Assembly (NCBI GenBank): GCA_013239625.1
Contig: MU053588.1
Span: 3,438,799 to 3,502,798, forward strand
Reading direction: 5' to 3'
Origin: Lama guanicoe
Lineage: Eukaryota
DNA length: 64,000 bases
The notes beneath the pieces were generated by a model. That model worked only from the letters and a program-made list of their open reading frames with translations. It made no database searches and was not told where the DNA came from. Below, in pieces: positions 38,316 through 50,600 of this stretch. The position numbers and the translations under genes were made by a program. Position 1 is the stretch's first letter, and every line of letters starts with the position of its first letter.

Positions 38316-38624
38316 TCAGTGGGGAGAGAAGCGGTGTGTGTGTCGTGCTTCTTTTCTGGCCCAGGGGCGTGGGCAGGGCGGCATCCCCTGGGCTGGCCCC
38401 CGTGGCTGGGTGATTCACGAAACCCCAGGAATTTAGCCTCACAGGAGCTTGGGAGTCATGGAATCTCGAAGACGTCAAATCATGGAGTTTTAGATCCAAC
38501 AAGAGTTAGAGTGACAGCAGCTTGAATTCACCAGGTGATGGGATCCTGGGATCAGAACAGGGAAGCGGAAGAGAATCCAAATCTGTGTCCTCTCTTATTA
38601 GAGAGGACCCTGGGGAGGCGATGA

Positions 38625-39450
38625 TAATGTGCTAATGATTCACTGAGAACCTACTCTGTGCTCTGCCCTCTTCTAAGCACTCTACGTGTATTAGCTCATT
38701 TAATCCTCACAAGGCACAGAGAGGGAAAGTGACTTGCTCAAGGTCACACAGCTGAGAGATGACAAATCTGGGATTTGAACCTAGGCTGCCCAAGCTCTAA
38801 GTCGCTATGCTCTTCTTCCTCTTTTTGTTGAGATAAACTTTCATACAGTGAAGTGCACAAATCTCAAGGGCACAGCTCAAGGATTTAAAAAATTACATCC
38901 ATGGACCCACCATCCATATTAAGGTATGGAATGTTTCCATCCACCTGGAAAGTTCTGCTGATCAGATTTCTGTCACCATTCTTTAGTGTGCCTGTCCTTG
39001 GGCTTTGTAGAAATGAAATCTTACAGCAGGCTGCTTCCTATGTCTGGCTTCTTGTCCTCAACATCACATCTCTAAGCATCACCAGCGGTGTCACGTGTAT
39101 TGGTGGCCTACTCTTTTTCATGGCTACAGAGTATTCCACTGTGTGACTATCATACAATTTGCTGATCCATTCTCCTGCGGTTGGACATTTTATTTTCCAT
39201 TTTGGGAGCATCTAGGAAGACAAACATTCTAGTAATATCCTCTGATGACACACATCTGCATCTCTGTTGGGTACATGACTAGGAATGGAATTACTGATCA
39301 GGGCACAGTCTGTGTTTATCTTTAATAGAAACAGCCTCACCCTTTTCGAAGCTCTTGGGTCATTGCACATTCCCACGGTGTATGAAAGTTCTAGTTGTTT
39401 CACACCCTTGTCAACACTTGGTACTGTCAGTCTTCTGAATGTTAGCCACT
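38625..39450 (-). mobile_element. MIR (38625-38800) followed by an L1M fragment
   Basis: MIR core GTGACTTGCTCAAGGTCACACAG..GGATTTGAAC; L1M 3'UTR-like text. Confidence 0.65.
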
Positions 39451-41714
39451 CTGGCTGGGCAGCACCACCCCTTCCCTCGAGGCAGCCTTTCTAATACAGC
39501 CCAAAGATGGGAGTGAGAGGAGGGCCTGGGGCTGGACCCAGTCCTGACTGCTTCCCAGCACAGGTGTCTGGGTGGCCGGGATGCTGAGAGCCTACGTTAG
39601 TGTGAGTGCGCGCACACGCCCGCTGCACAAGACAATGCTGTGGAGTGCCTGAGTCTGAGGGGGAGGGCAGTCAGAGGGCAGGGGCCACATGTGCCAGACA
39701 CTGCTTGTGATGCCTAGGACAGAGTGTGGGCCTGGTAAGTGCTGTGTGAGCCTGGACCTCTCCTAGGGAGGCCAGAGAAACTACTTTATTCTTCAAGTAC
39801 AGGGAAAAAAATATTCCCATAAACAATTGGACAACCTGACACCCAGAGAGGGCAGGGGCTTCCTTGAGATCACACAGCAGAACTATAACCCAGGTTTCTG
39901 ACTGTCTATGGTAATGTCCTCCTACCCTCCCAGCTCTATTCCCTCCAGGGATCCAAGAGGCAGGAAGAAGGCCTCAGTCTGGAAGGACCACAGGGCCAGG
40001 GCCCATCTCTCACAATCTTTTCAGGTACCTCCTCCTTGTCTCCCACCATCCCCTGAATTCAGGGTCCACCTGCCCTAGGCCCCTTCTCCCCCCATATCTC
40101 CCACTGTCTCCCTGTCTCAGAGATCCTCCATAGGGCCTCCTCACCCACAATCCCTGTTTCAAGGGGCTCCTCCTCCACATTGCCCCTACATCAAGGCTCC
40201 ATCCCTCAAAATCCCAATTCAAAGTTCCCCTCCTGTCCTACTCAGAGGGTCCCTCCCTACAATGGCCTTCTTCTGGACCCCACTATCCACGGCCCATGCT
40301 GCTCAATACCTCCAGGCCTTTGCCCATATAGCCTCTGTTCAGAACAGGTCCTGGCAGGTTATGGAGTGAAACAGCTTTCATTTGTGTTCCTATAAGGAAA
40401 TCCCAAGAGCTTTCCTAACAAAAGTCAAACCCCAATGTCCCAAGGTTGGCCATGGGAGAAGGCAGCTGGATCTCTGCCTCTAACTCTCCTCTCCCCAAGA
40501 TTCATCTTCCTCTTGGGGGGCTCCTCTGGTTACCTCTGCTGGCCCCATCACTTTGAACTCAGGTATTGATCCCCCCAGGAGTGCTCTGGGCTGTGTACTC
40601 ACAGTCCTCCTTTGATTTCCTGAAGCCAAGCTGGACTCAAGTGGGAAATCTGAACAAGCTTCTACTAAAAGCCTGGGGCTGACAAAGGGAAATAACAGTA
40701 ACAAGCCAACCTGACCTTCAAGTATGGCCCATTCAGTTTCAGCTTGGGACTCCCCCGACAGGGGGCCTCCCTGTCTACTGGTCCACCAGCCCCTTTGGCA
40801 GGCGCCATCTTCCCTACCTTGTGGGGATGCCACCCAGCAGGTCTCAAAGCCCAAACCCCAAAGGGATATGGATGTTGGAAGACAGAGTTGGAGTTAGAGT
40901 CACCTAGACATCACATGTGGGCTTTCTCCTTCGGCCCCACCCAGCCTTGGAAAATGAGGACCTCAGTCCATGTAGAGTGTCCCAACACACATTTCTTGAG
41001 GCCATTCTGATGCACCCCTTTAGAATTCTGGCCAATTTCCCACAACTCACTCGGGCAGGGGCAAAGACAGAGAGAACTATGGCTGTGGGAACTAGGAGAA
41101 AGAAAGGTCCATGTCTCAGATGCCAGCCACTCTTTGGGACATCCAAGGTGTTCTGTTACATTGGAGAAGGCTGAACTCTAGAAATAATTGTAATATTCGT
41201 GATAATGCAGTGGCAGGAACATGGACTACCATTTGAAATGAGCATGTGAAATATCAAGGCTCTTTCAAGTACTTTATGTGGATCATTCAAACCCAATCTT
41301 AACCCCATGAATGTGGTACCATCAGGATCCCACTGTTCAGATGAAGTCACTGAGGTTCAGGGAGGTGATGAGGTCAACCCCGCCTGGACTTTGACCTCTG
41401 ACTGCAGAATCCCAGCTCTTTTAGTTATAACAACTCTCTTTTAAAAATTCTCACCCCTGCCTCAATAAAACAGGAAGACAAAAAGATAAAATGAAAAAAA
41501 ATACACAAAAAACTCAACTCTTTCCTTTTCCCTACTGCCCTTCTTCTTACCCAAAGCAGGGATGTCCTTAGGTCCCTAGTCCTAACCCATTTATCCCTGG
41601 GAGCCCAAGGGTTGTGGGGAGCTCTGATCCCCTCTCAGCTATCCACCTCTAGCAACCATGGCCCCCTCATTAGCCTCTCGAAGAAGGAAGGAATAGTTGC
41701 CCACGAGTTGTCTA

Positions 41715-41830
41715 CAGTCTTGCTATTCAAAATGCGGTCCATGGACCAGAAGCCTCAGCATCACCTAGGAATTTGTTAGAAATGCAGATCTCACCCCAAA
41801 TCTGAGAATCAGAACATCTGAGTGTTTCAT
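41715..41830. mobile_element. MER5A-like DNA transposon fragment
   Basis: CAGCATCACCTAGGAATTTGTTAGAAATGCAGA. Confidence 0.65.
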
Positions 41831-42009
41831 CAAGAGTTTTTTCATACCATCTAGAGTCAGAATGGCAGCTCTACATAGTCCCCATTTTACCCTGCACAGG
41901 ACAGTACACAACGTCTGCTTCTACCTTTAGAGCTCCTGCTTTTGACTTTGGGGCTCCCATAACACCCTGACTCCTGGCACACTACCTTCCCCGACTTCAC
42001 AAGTCCAGC

Positions 42010-42290
42010 TTCTGAAACTACAATTCCCACAATGCCAGAGACGCTCAGCGTCGCTTTACCCGACTACATCTCCCATGTGCTTCGCGAGCCACACCATCAT
42101 AACTCTCACTCTCCCTGACTGCATCAGGACTACAACTCCCACAATGCTCGGCGGCAGAACTACAGCTCCCAGCGGCTCCCGAACGGCGCCACGTCCGCTC
42201 CCGCTCGGCTGGTAAAGCCGGGCTCGGGCGGGGCCGGCGGGTGCTGCACGGCCCCAGGCTCGTTACAGCGGTTCTTCCCCTCACAACACA
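42010..42290 (+). promoter_or_regulatory. RABAC1: RABAC1 promoter with four ACTACAnnTCCCA (ZNF143/THAP11-type) motifs
   Basis: Motifs start at 42017, 42063, 42129 and 42159; CpG-rich; GC box at ~42226. Confidence 0.8.
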
Positions 42291-42293
42291 GAC

Positions 42294-42349
42294 ATGGCAA
42301 CCGAGAAGGACCAGCAGAAGGATGCGGAGGCGGAAGGGCTGAGCGCCAC
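42294..42349 (+). CDS. RABAC1: RABAC1 exon 1
   Basis: gacATGG Kozak; AC|gtgag. Confidence 0.95.
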
Positions 42350-44808
42350 GTGAGCAAGCCAGATCTAGCACCCACGACCGAGATATGGGAGTCTTGGGTC
42401 CCCGCCCCCTCCTCCCTGGGGTCCTAGGAATCTGGGCCTCCAGACACATGAGTCTGGGCCCTTATGCCCTCTTCGAGAACTCTGGAGTCTGGGCCCTCAG
42501 TCTCTTCCTCCCCTGGGATCCAGGAGTTTGGGGCCTTATCCCCCCAAGAACCCCGGAGTCCGGGCCCCCCTCGGTCCCCTCCTTGCGCGGGGTTCCGGGC
42601 TCCATCCCGTCTACCGCTGATCTGGCTCTGCACCCGCTAGGACCCTGCTGCCGAAACTGATTCCATCTGGCGCGGGCCGTGAGTGGCTAGAGCGGCGCCG
42701 TGCGACCATCCGGCCCTGGGGCTCGTTCGTGGACCAGCGGCGCTTCTCACGGCCCCGCAACCTGGGCGAGCTGTGCCAGCGCCTCGTACGCAATGTGGAG
42801 TACTACCAGAGCAACTACGTGTTCGTGTTCCTGGGCCTCATCCTGTACTGTGTGTGAGTGCGTCTCCAGCCCCCACCAGGCTGACCTGCCGGCACTGGCC
42901 GGCCGCGCCCTCAGCATCCTGGCCCTCCTCTCACTGGCCAGGCCCCGCCCCTATGAGAGAGCTCTGCGGCACTTTTTTACTGAAGAGCCGAGTCCCTACT
43001 CCCCCATAGCCGGGCCAGGATGAAGTGTGACCAGATGTGATCTAGCCTTGCCCGGCCCCAAGGATGTAGCCTGCTATCCACCGGTGTAGGTCGGGCCCCC
43101 GTGTCTGGCCCAGCCCCAGCAGCCTGACCGATGCCTCCCTGTCCTCCTCCAGGGTGACATCCCCCATGCTGCTGGTAGCTCTGGCTGTCTTCTTTGGCGC
43201 CTGTTACATCCTCTATCTGCGCACGTTGCAGTCCAAGTTTGTGCTGTTTGGTGAGAAATCCCCTGCCCAGACTCCTCAAATCCTGGTCTGTTGGAATGCA
43301 AGCCTTAGAGCCCAAACCTAATTCCTTTTGAACCCAAGTGTGCCCCAAGCCTAGATCTACACTAGATCCCTTAAAGTCTCAGACAACCTGATGCTCCCGC
43401 CCACTCTCAGCCTCCCAAGTTGCTATTCCCCAAGCCCAGAAGATACCCCAGAACCCACTCTCCGCTTAGCCCTGTCCCTTAAACCTTTCTTCCCTCTCCC
43501 TCCCTCACCTCTTGCCAAAAGCATCAGTTGCTGGTACCCACACTGGACACCAGGTGGCGACCTTACACTGGCCTAGTTCTGTCCTCTCCTTTCCTGCTTC
43601 CTGGGTTGGGAGTAGAAACATCATGGGACTTCTCAGAGGGGGAAACTGAGGCCTGTGTCTCATGTGGTCCCAGACTGGCACCAAGCACTATTAGGAAGAA
43701 AATGGAGCCTGAGTTTCCAACTAGGGGAGGCTGAAGGTTTGGAGTAGGGATAAGGGGGAGTTGGGATCAGACAAACAGGTGCACCTAAGACAGAATCCTT
43801 CAGAAGACTGCCAGTTATGTACATAACGGAGGTGGGCTGGGTGGAGGGGCGTGTTGGGCAAGCACAGGGCATGGAGTTTAAGCACAGCTTGGCTTCAGCC
43901 TCTGCTGCCACCATGGCATACAGACCCGCCCTTCCAGTCTGCCACAAGAAGCCAGATATCTATACAGCCGTCCCTCGCCTGTTCCAGGGTCCCTGGCAGA
44001 TACCAACATCTGAGGATGCTCAAGTCCCTTTTATAAAATAGTATAGTACAATGATCCATGGGTTTCCATCCATGGATACAGAGTATTATGTGAAATCATT
44101 CAGTTTCTTGGTCACCCACAAATCAAATCAAATTCTTGTGGAATAATATGCAGACTCAAAACACACATCTGCAGGTCAGACTTGGCCTCTGGGCCACCAG
44201 TTTGAGACTCCAGGTCTACGTGAGTGCAGGTTGGAGCTGGAGAGCGGTAATCGGGGGGGGAGAGGAGGGAGAGGGAGGCTGGGAACTTCCTAGCAGAAGT
44301 GGGGTTGAAGGGCAGAGGGTGAAGGGCCGAGGAAGGCATGCTGTATTCCAGGGGAGAGTGGGTGGGGCTGTGGGAGAAATGGGTGGGGCCAGGACTTGGA
44401 GGGCCTTGGGAAGAGTTTAGATCCTGAGGCTCTAGGAACTTGTGACACCAGATTGTTAGGGGACATCATGGGTTCCTCTGGAAGAAGGCATGAGTTTTGA
44501 AACAGCTGCCCTAATGCCATTCTGACCCCCGCCAGGCCGAGAGGTGACCCCAGCCCACCAGTATGCTCTGGCCGGGGCCGTCTCCTTTCCCTTCTTCTGG
44601 CTAGCTGGTGCCGGCTCCGCCGTCTTCTGGGTCCTAGGTGAGTACAGGGTCTGGGTAGAGCGGTGGGCATTGGGGGCCAGGAGAGGGGGCGAGGCCCTGA
44701 ACTGCCCGTTTTCCTGCAGGAGCCACACTCGTGGTCATCGGCTCCCACGCTGCCTTCCACCAGACAGAGGCCGTGGAGGGGGAGGAGCTGCAGATGGAAC
44801 CTGTGTGA
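42294..44808 (+). CDS. RABAC1: RABAC1 prenylated Rab acceptor 1 (PRA1), 185 aa; join(42294..42349,42641..42853,43153..43250,44536..44637,44720..44808)
   Basis: MATEKDQQKDAEAEGLSATTLLPKLIPSGAGREWLERRRATIRPW...RNVEYYQSNY...GSHAAFHQTEAVEGEELQMEPV*; 558 nt; all introns GT-AG. Confidence 0.97.
42641..42853 (+). CDS. RABAC1: RABAC1 exon 2
   Basis: ctag|G..GT|gtgagt; NVEYYQSNYVFVFLGLILYC. Confidence 0.95.
43153..43250 (+). CDS. RABAC1: RABAC1 exon 3
   Basis: VTSPMLLVALAVFFGACYILYLRTLQSKFVLF. Confidence 0.95.
43962..44090. mobile_element. Tigger/MER2-like fragment
   Basis: TACAGCCGTCCCTC..GATACCAACATCTGAGGATGCTCAAGTCCCT. Confidence 0.55.
44536..44637 (+). CDS. RABAC1: RABAC1 exon 4
   Basis: REVTPAHQYALAGAVSFPFFWLAGAGSAVFWVL. 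Confidence 0.95.
44720..44808 (+). CDS. RABAC1: RABAC1 exon 5
   Basis: ATLVVIGSHAAFHQTEAVEGEELQMEPV then TGA. Confidence 0.95.
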
Positions 44809-44941
44809 GGGGTCTTCCAGGACCTGCCAGCCTCCCAAGCCAGCCGCCCCACGCCTGTTCACCCCTGTCCCGCACGGCTCTGCCGCTCTGGCCAAAGACC
44901 CCCTTCCCATCACAAGCCCAGGGAGGGACTCCTGCTTTAGA

Positions 44942-44947
44942 AATAAA
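44942..44947 (+). terminator. RABAC1 poly(A) signal AATAAA
   Basis: 133 nt after the stop, GT-rich downstream. Confidence 0.85.
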
Positions 44948-45180
44948 GCTGTTACAGTTGTCATTCAGCAAATATTCTCCCAGGATCTTCTGTGGGTCTG
45001 TGTGGGGTGAAGCTGGGAACCAGCAGAGACCAAGAAGGTGGTGGGGGTGGGCCTGGCGGGGCGGGCTGGGGGGAAAAGGGCCTGGCGGGGCGGGTTGGGG
45101 GGGAGGAGACAATAAACAAGATAAATAACTAAAATATGACAGGATGGCCAATGGTGACAAGTTCTGAGGAGAAGAGGGTA

Positions 45181-45925
45181 TGTTAGGGTCCCCAGGACCA
45201 CCCCCATGTCCAGGGATTTGCTGGGGGGACTCAAAACTCAGTATATAGTTGTACTCAAAGCTATGATTTTGAATTCACTGGAGCTAGGCCCTCGGATGAA
45301 GTGAAGACCGTTTGCAATCAAACCAGCCTGGGACCAGGATGTAGTGGGTCTGCTCCAGCCTGACCAGGAAAAACCAGCTGGTGTGGGGGGTCTCTTCCTT
45401 TGCTTTTAAGTCCTGATGTGACTTCTCCCCGCCCCCAAAGGTTGCTGATTAAAGAATAAGTTGTAAAAAAAAAAAAAACCCTGTGATTTATTATCATGAA
45501 AGGCAGAATCAGCAAAGGAGGCACAAGGGGCGAAGTCCAGAGGAACCCAGTGAAGGCTTCCCAGAGTCCTCTCCCAGGGGAGTCACCCAGGCTGAGTTTA
45601 ATTCCCCCAGTGGTGAGTGGTAACACATGTGAAACGTTGCCTGCCAGGGAAGCTCCTCTGAGACCCAGTACCGGGGCTGCTGCTGGGGAGGTGACCGCGT
45701 AAGCATCCCCTGCCTAGCGTGTGCCGGGATTCCAGACTCCCAGAAGGAAACAGGTGTTCGGCGTCAACAACATCGTTTGCAAACAGTTTAGGCAGCAGAG
45801 CCGCTCTTCCAGGGAGCAATGAGAACCCTGCTGAAAACTGGGTTCCCAATGCCAGCCAAGGGTCGCTACTCAGGCAGGTCTCTCTCAGGACAGCAGTCTC
45901 GGGCCTACTATGTCAACTCTTCTGG
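45181..45925 (-). mobile_element. ERV LTR (MER21-like) carrying a retrocopy insertion
   Basis: TGTTAGGGTCCCCAGGACCACCCCC...CAGAGTCCTCTCCCAGGGGAGTCAC...ACTCCCAGAAGGAAA. Confidence 0.65.
45270..45478 (+). pseudogene. 5'-truncated processed retrocopy (mRNA 3' end), parent gene not identified
   Basis: ATTAAA 45448-45453, A14 tail 45465-45478, degraded TSD AAAGCTATGATTT / AACCCTGTGATTT. Confidence 0.7.
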
Positions 45926-46479
45926 AGAAAGTTCTGGAGGTGAGTTACAGGTTAAAGCGAAGACTTAAATTGTGGGAGGGAGCAGCTGCAGATCCTTTAG
46001 AGGAAGAATATTCTGGGCCGAGGAAGCAGCAGGGCAAAGGCTTGAAGCCATCAGTGTGCCGGAGGTTTGAGGAACAGCGATGATGAGGCCGGCATGGCTG
46101 GAGCGGTTGAGGCGGGGCACAGGGAGACTGGCGCTCACTGCAGTGAGGGCTTCGGTTTTACTGAGTGAGGTACAAGTGACATGATTTGCTTTTCGTTGTA
46201 ACGTGAAGGCTGCCATGTGGGGATGCTGACAAAAGAGAAAAGCACCTGGCAGAGGAAGCCCTTGGCAGATGGGACAACAAAGCAAGGTGACAGAGAGGGC
46301 CTGAAAAGTGAATTTGGATGGGGCTGGCTGGGGAGGGGCTCTCTGAGGAGGCCACATTTCAGTGAGATCCAGGACACAGCCTGTCCAGCCTTGGTTCTCA
46401 TCACCAGAACTCACCGGTTCATCATTCACTCAGCGTTTATCAAGGGCCCACTGAGTACCCAGGATTTTTCTGGATTCCT

Positions 46480-46768
46480 TCTGTCATGTGTGGTGGCCGC
46501 CAGCCACATGGGGCTACTGAGTTCTTGAAACATGGCTGGTCCAGATCGAGATGTGCTACGAGTGTAAAATACACACCAGATTTCACACTAAGGTAGGAAG
46601 AGGCTGTGAAAATCTTTCATTAATAATATTTTATGTTGGTCATGTGTTGGAAGGATATGTTGGATGTGCTAGGGTAGATTATTTTCACTTTTTATTTTTT
46701 AAAATGATTAGGTAGAAAATACAAAATTACATCTGTAGCTCTTATCCTGTCTCTACTGGACACACTAG
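46480..46768. mobile_element. MER33-like hAT MITE within an L2 remnant (~45960-47480)
   Basis: AGCCACATGGGGCTACTGAG..GAGATGTGCT..AGTGTAAAATACAC..TGGACACACT. Confidence 0.7.
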
Positions 46769-47521
46769 CTTTGATGTTGGGGAAACAGCAGTGGCACACG
46801 GAGGGGGCCCTGCCCTCTGGGAGCTCACATTCCAAGGGGGAGGCTCCAGACACACAGGCCAAACAACAAACCAAAAGGAAGCTCTCAGACAGTGATAAGC
46901 CTCTGAAGTCAACAAAACAGGCAACTGGCCCAGGCTAGAGAGTAGAGGAAGAGGGAGTGGAGCTCACTTAAGAGCGGTGGGGCAAGGCCTTGCTGGGCAG
47001 TGGGGTGGAGATTGCCCCTCTGAGGTCAGGGGGAAGAGTGTTCCAGCCAGAGGGAACTGCAAGTGTAAAGGCCCTGAGGTAGGACCACTCAGTGACAAGA
47101 CAGCGGTAAAGGGAGTGATGTAGGAGATGATGGTGAGGAGGATGCTGGGGGCCAGATGCAGGACCTGCAAGCCATGGAGAGGTCTTTGGATTTAGTTTAA
47201 GGTAATGTGGAACTATGGAAAGGTTTTGAGCAGGGGTGGGACAGGGTCAGGTGTGAACGTCAGAAGTATCCCTTTGGGGTCTTATGAGGATGGGCTGGAG
47301 GGAGTGGGACCAGGGAGGATGAACCAAGCTGGGGAAGATGAGGCAGGGACATGGAATGGAAAGGACAGACAGGGAAAGAAGGGAAGGAGGAGGGTTGGGG
47401 CTTGGTGACTGGCCTGCGTGGGACCTGAGTGGGAGGGAGCAATTAAGGGTAACCCCCAGGTTTCAGGCTTCTGTCAAGATGGGAAGACCAGGGGACCTGG
47501 GTGTCTTGAGTGGACACACTG

Positions 47522-47698
47522 TTCCCAGTCACCAGGGGTGCACTTCCAGTGGCTGCCACCAGAGGGAGGAAAAGTGCTTCCTCCAGACCTTCTCCAGGCG
47601 GCTTGAGGGTCCTAGTCCACCCTATTCCCAGTCACTACAGGTGCACTTTCAGTGGCTGCCACCAGAGGGCAGAAAAGGGCTACTTCCAGACCTTCTCT
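47522..47698 (+). promoter_or_regulatory. Direct repeat (103-bp period), each copy carrying a CTCF motif
   Basis: GTGCACTT(C/T)CAGTGGCTGCCACCAGAGGG(AG/CA)G; cores at 47556 and 47659. Confidence 0.75.
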
Positions 47699-50600
47699 GG
47701 GGAAGGAGCCAGAAATGGACTTGTCCTGAAGGAGGAGACCTGAGGTGCCTGAGGTTGAGAGTTGGGCACCTGAGTCTACTCAGAGGCCAGGGTCCCAATC
47801 CCAAGTTGAGGATGGCACAGGGCGTTTAGTTTGTTAATCTAGAGGCCAGCATTCCCAGGGGAGACTGCCCACAGGGGAGGATGGTCACTCCGTCCAGTTT
47901 CCATTGCCGGGCCTGGAGTGAAAGTGGTCCATCTGACTTGTTTGGAGATGGCTGAGGCCGGGGACCCAGGGTCCTGGGGCTGAGATCACTGAGGGAGGTG
48001 ATCAGCAGCCTGGGTTTGGGGGTTGGTGGTGGGAGGCTGAGACTCAGTCCAGAGGCCTAATCTGGAGGTGACGGACCACAGGTCCCTGATTCTGATGCTG
48101 AGCTACTGAGATGCTGAGACCCGAAGCTTCCATGGGGGTGGTCAGGACTGCGGATCCAGTTCCCCATCTATCCCTTCCTGAATGACCTTGGGGTTGAGAG
48201 GTTTGGTTTGGGCACAGAAACTAGGGGGCTTGGTGTCTCATCAAGGAGACAGAAACCAAAGGTCTGCTCGTCTATTTTGGTGACAGAGGCTGGGGGTCCA
48301 GCTGGCTGATTGAGAGTGACACGTTGGGGATCTGATTGTCAACTTCATGATTAAAAAGCCTGTGAGCCCAAGCCTGGGGTGACAGGGACAAGGGATCGGC
48401 GTGTCCAGTGTGGAGTGACAGGGCCAGGAAATGCCCACACCTCACTGGGGTGTCAGACTGTTGTGTTGTTTTGGGTGACAGCCTGAAGTCCAGTGTCTGG
48501 TTTGGGGTAACAGAAACTGAGGGTCTGTTATCAACTTTGAAGTCATGTTATCTAGCTTGAGGTGACAGACTGGGCTTCCCGATGGCACGGGGTATGCAGG
48601 GCCCTAGTGTGGGTTGACAAGGTAGGTATCCCCTTGTCTGGAGGCAACCTGATCGGGGTCTGGTTGTTTTCTTGAGGTAGCAGAGCAAGCAGCACTGTCC
48701 GGTCGGTGTCACAAAGCCTGCGGGTTCTGTTCCATTTGGGACACCAGAGATTGGGGGCAATCTCTCTGCCCGGTGTGAAGTGACAGCAACTAGGAGGCCA
48801 CATTTTTTAGTTTTGAGAATGTCTGCTTGTCTAGTTTGAGGTTAAAAACACTGGGTCTAGTTCTCAAATTTTAAGTGACAGATTGGAGACTCTTTCGTCT
48901 GGCTGGGAGTGACAGGGACTGGAGTTGCTGGAGGGGCCAGAGTCTGGGGTTCTTGTCAGGCTGGAGTGATAGGAGCTATTCCAGTCTGGCGTGACAGCCT
49001 GGGGGTCTGATTATCTAGTCTTCAGGTGACCAAGACTGAGCCCTGGGGCTCCCCTGTGGCTGTCAGAGTTGGGAGTCTGCTCTTTTTTGGGGTGATAGAA
49101 TGGCAGTCTAGTTGCTAGATTGAGACACCAGAACATTAAAGTTTGGGATGCCAGACTGCGGGTTCAGTTACTAGTTTGGAGCAACAGAAATTAGGGGTCT
49201 GATAGACCCCATTGGGGTGTCTAATAGTTGTAGTCCAGTTGTTCCTTTTGGCGTGCCAGGGACACAAGGCTGATCGTCTAGCTTGGGACCAAGAGACTGG
49301 TTTTCAGTTTAGGGTGATGACACTGGGATTCGGGGCTGGGGCTGAAGTCAAAGACATTGGGTGACCACTTGGCTGGTTTGAAGAAGCAGACACTACAGGT
49401 CCAGTTGCCTGGTCGGAGGGACAGACTGACCGGGCTCCTATTATTCGGTTTGGGAGGCAGAGAGCAGCGAAGCTGCTGTCATGAGATTTCAGGGACCATG
49501 GGGTTTCTTTGTCTAGTGCGCAGTGCCTAAGCCTGGGGGTCCAGATGTCCAGTTTGGGACGTCAGAAGTAGGAGGTTCATTTGTCTAGATTGAGGTGGCA
49601 GAGGTTTGAGGGTCCAGGACCTGGCTCGGGGTGACAGAGACTAGGAGGTTAGTTGTCTCGTTTGTGATGACAGAGACTAGGACCCGCGGTCCAGTGAGGG
49701 CTGCATGCCTGGGCTCTGGGTCCAGTTTAGGGTGACACAGAATGGCAGTTTGCTCTCCTAGTTGGGCACGAGTGGGACCAGGGGTCTGGTTGTCCAGTTT
49801 AGGACGACAGACTGGAGTTTGGTTGACAAGAGGAAGGCCACAGGGCTATAAGGCCAGGTCTCTAGTTTTGAGGTGACATTTTATATATCCAGGGGCTCAG
49901 TGTGGAGTGAGAGAGCCTACAGGTACCATTGTCTTATTTGAGGGGGAGAGAAACTGCGTCCCAGGGCATATTTGGGGTGTTAGGGACTGAAGGTTTGGTT
50001 ATATCCTTCTGTGGGGTAAAAAACAGGTCCCAGGATCCATTCAGTTGCCGGACTCTGGAGGTCTGCTTGCCTAGTTTTGCGGGACAGAGATTAGGGTTCC
50101 ATGCATATGTGGAGTGACAGGCTGGGACCTGGCTCCCCAGTGCTGAGTGTCAAATTGGGGTTGCCAAGGAGTATTTGAAGGTTTGGCTGTGGGTCTAGTT
50201 GTCTAGTTTTAGCGATCACAAGGCATGGTTATCTAGTTCCAGGGGACAGAGAGCATCGTCCCAGGGTGGATTTGCGGTGATAATAATGGGGGTCTGGTTC
50301 TCTAGTCTGTGGGGATGGAGACTGTGGCCCTGGGGTCTGGTTGTCCAGTTTGCTAGGATAGTGACTGGGATCTTGGAATATTTGGGGGGTGGCAGAGACT
50401 GAAGTCTGATTGTCTGGTTTCGTGGAACAGAGACTCAGGTCCCTGTGGTGACAGAGATTGTGGTCTGGTTCTAATTATGTGTAAAAGAGACTGAGGTCTC
50501 AGGGAGCATTCAGGGTGACAAAGTCTGGGATGTGGTCTTCTGTTTTGTGGGACTGAGACTGACAAGTCCCAGGGCGTTTAGGGGGTGGCAGACTGGTTAA

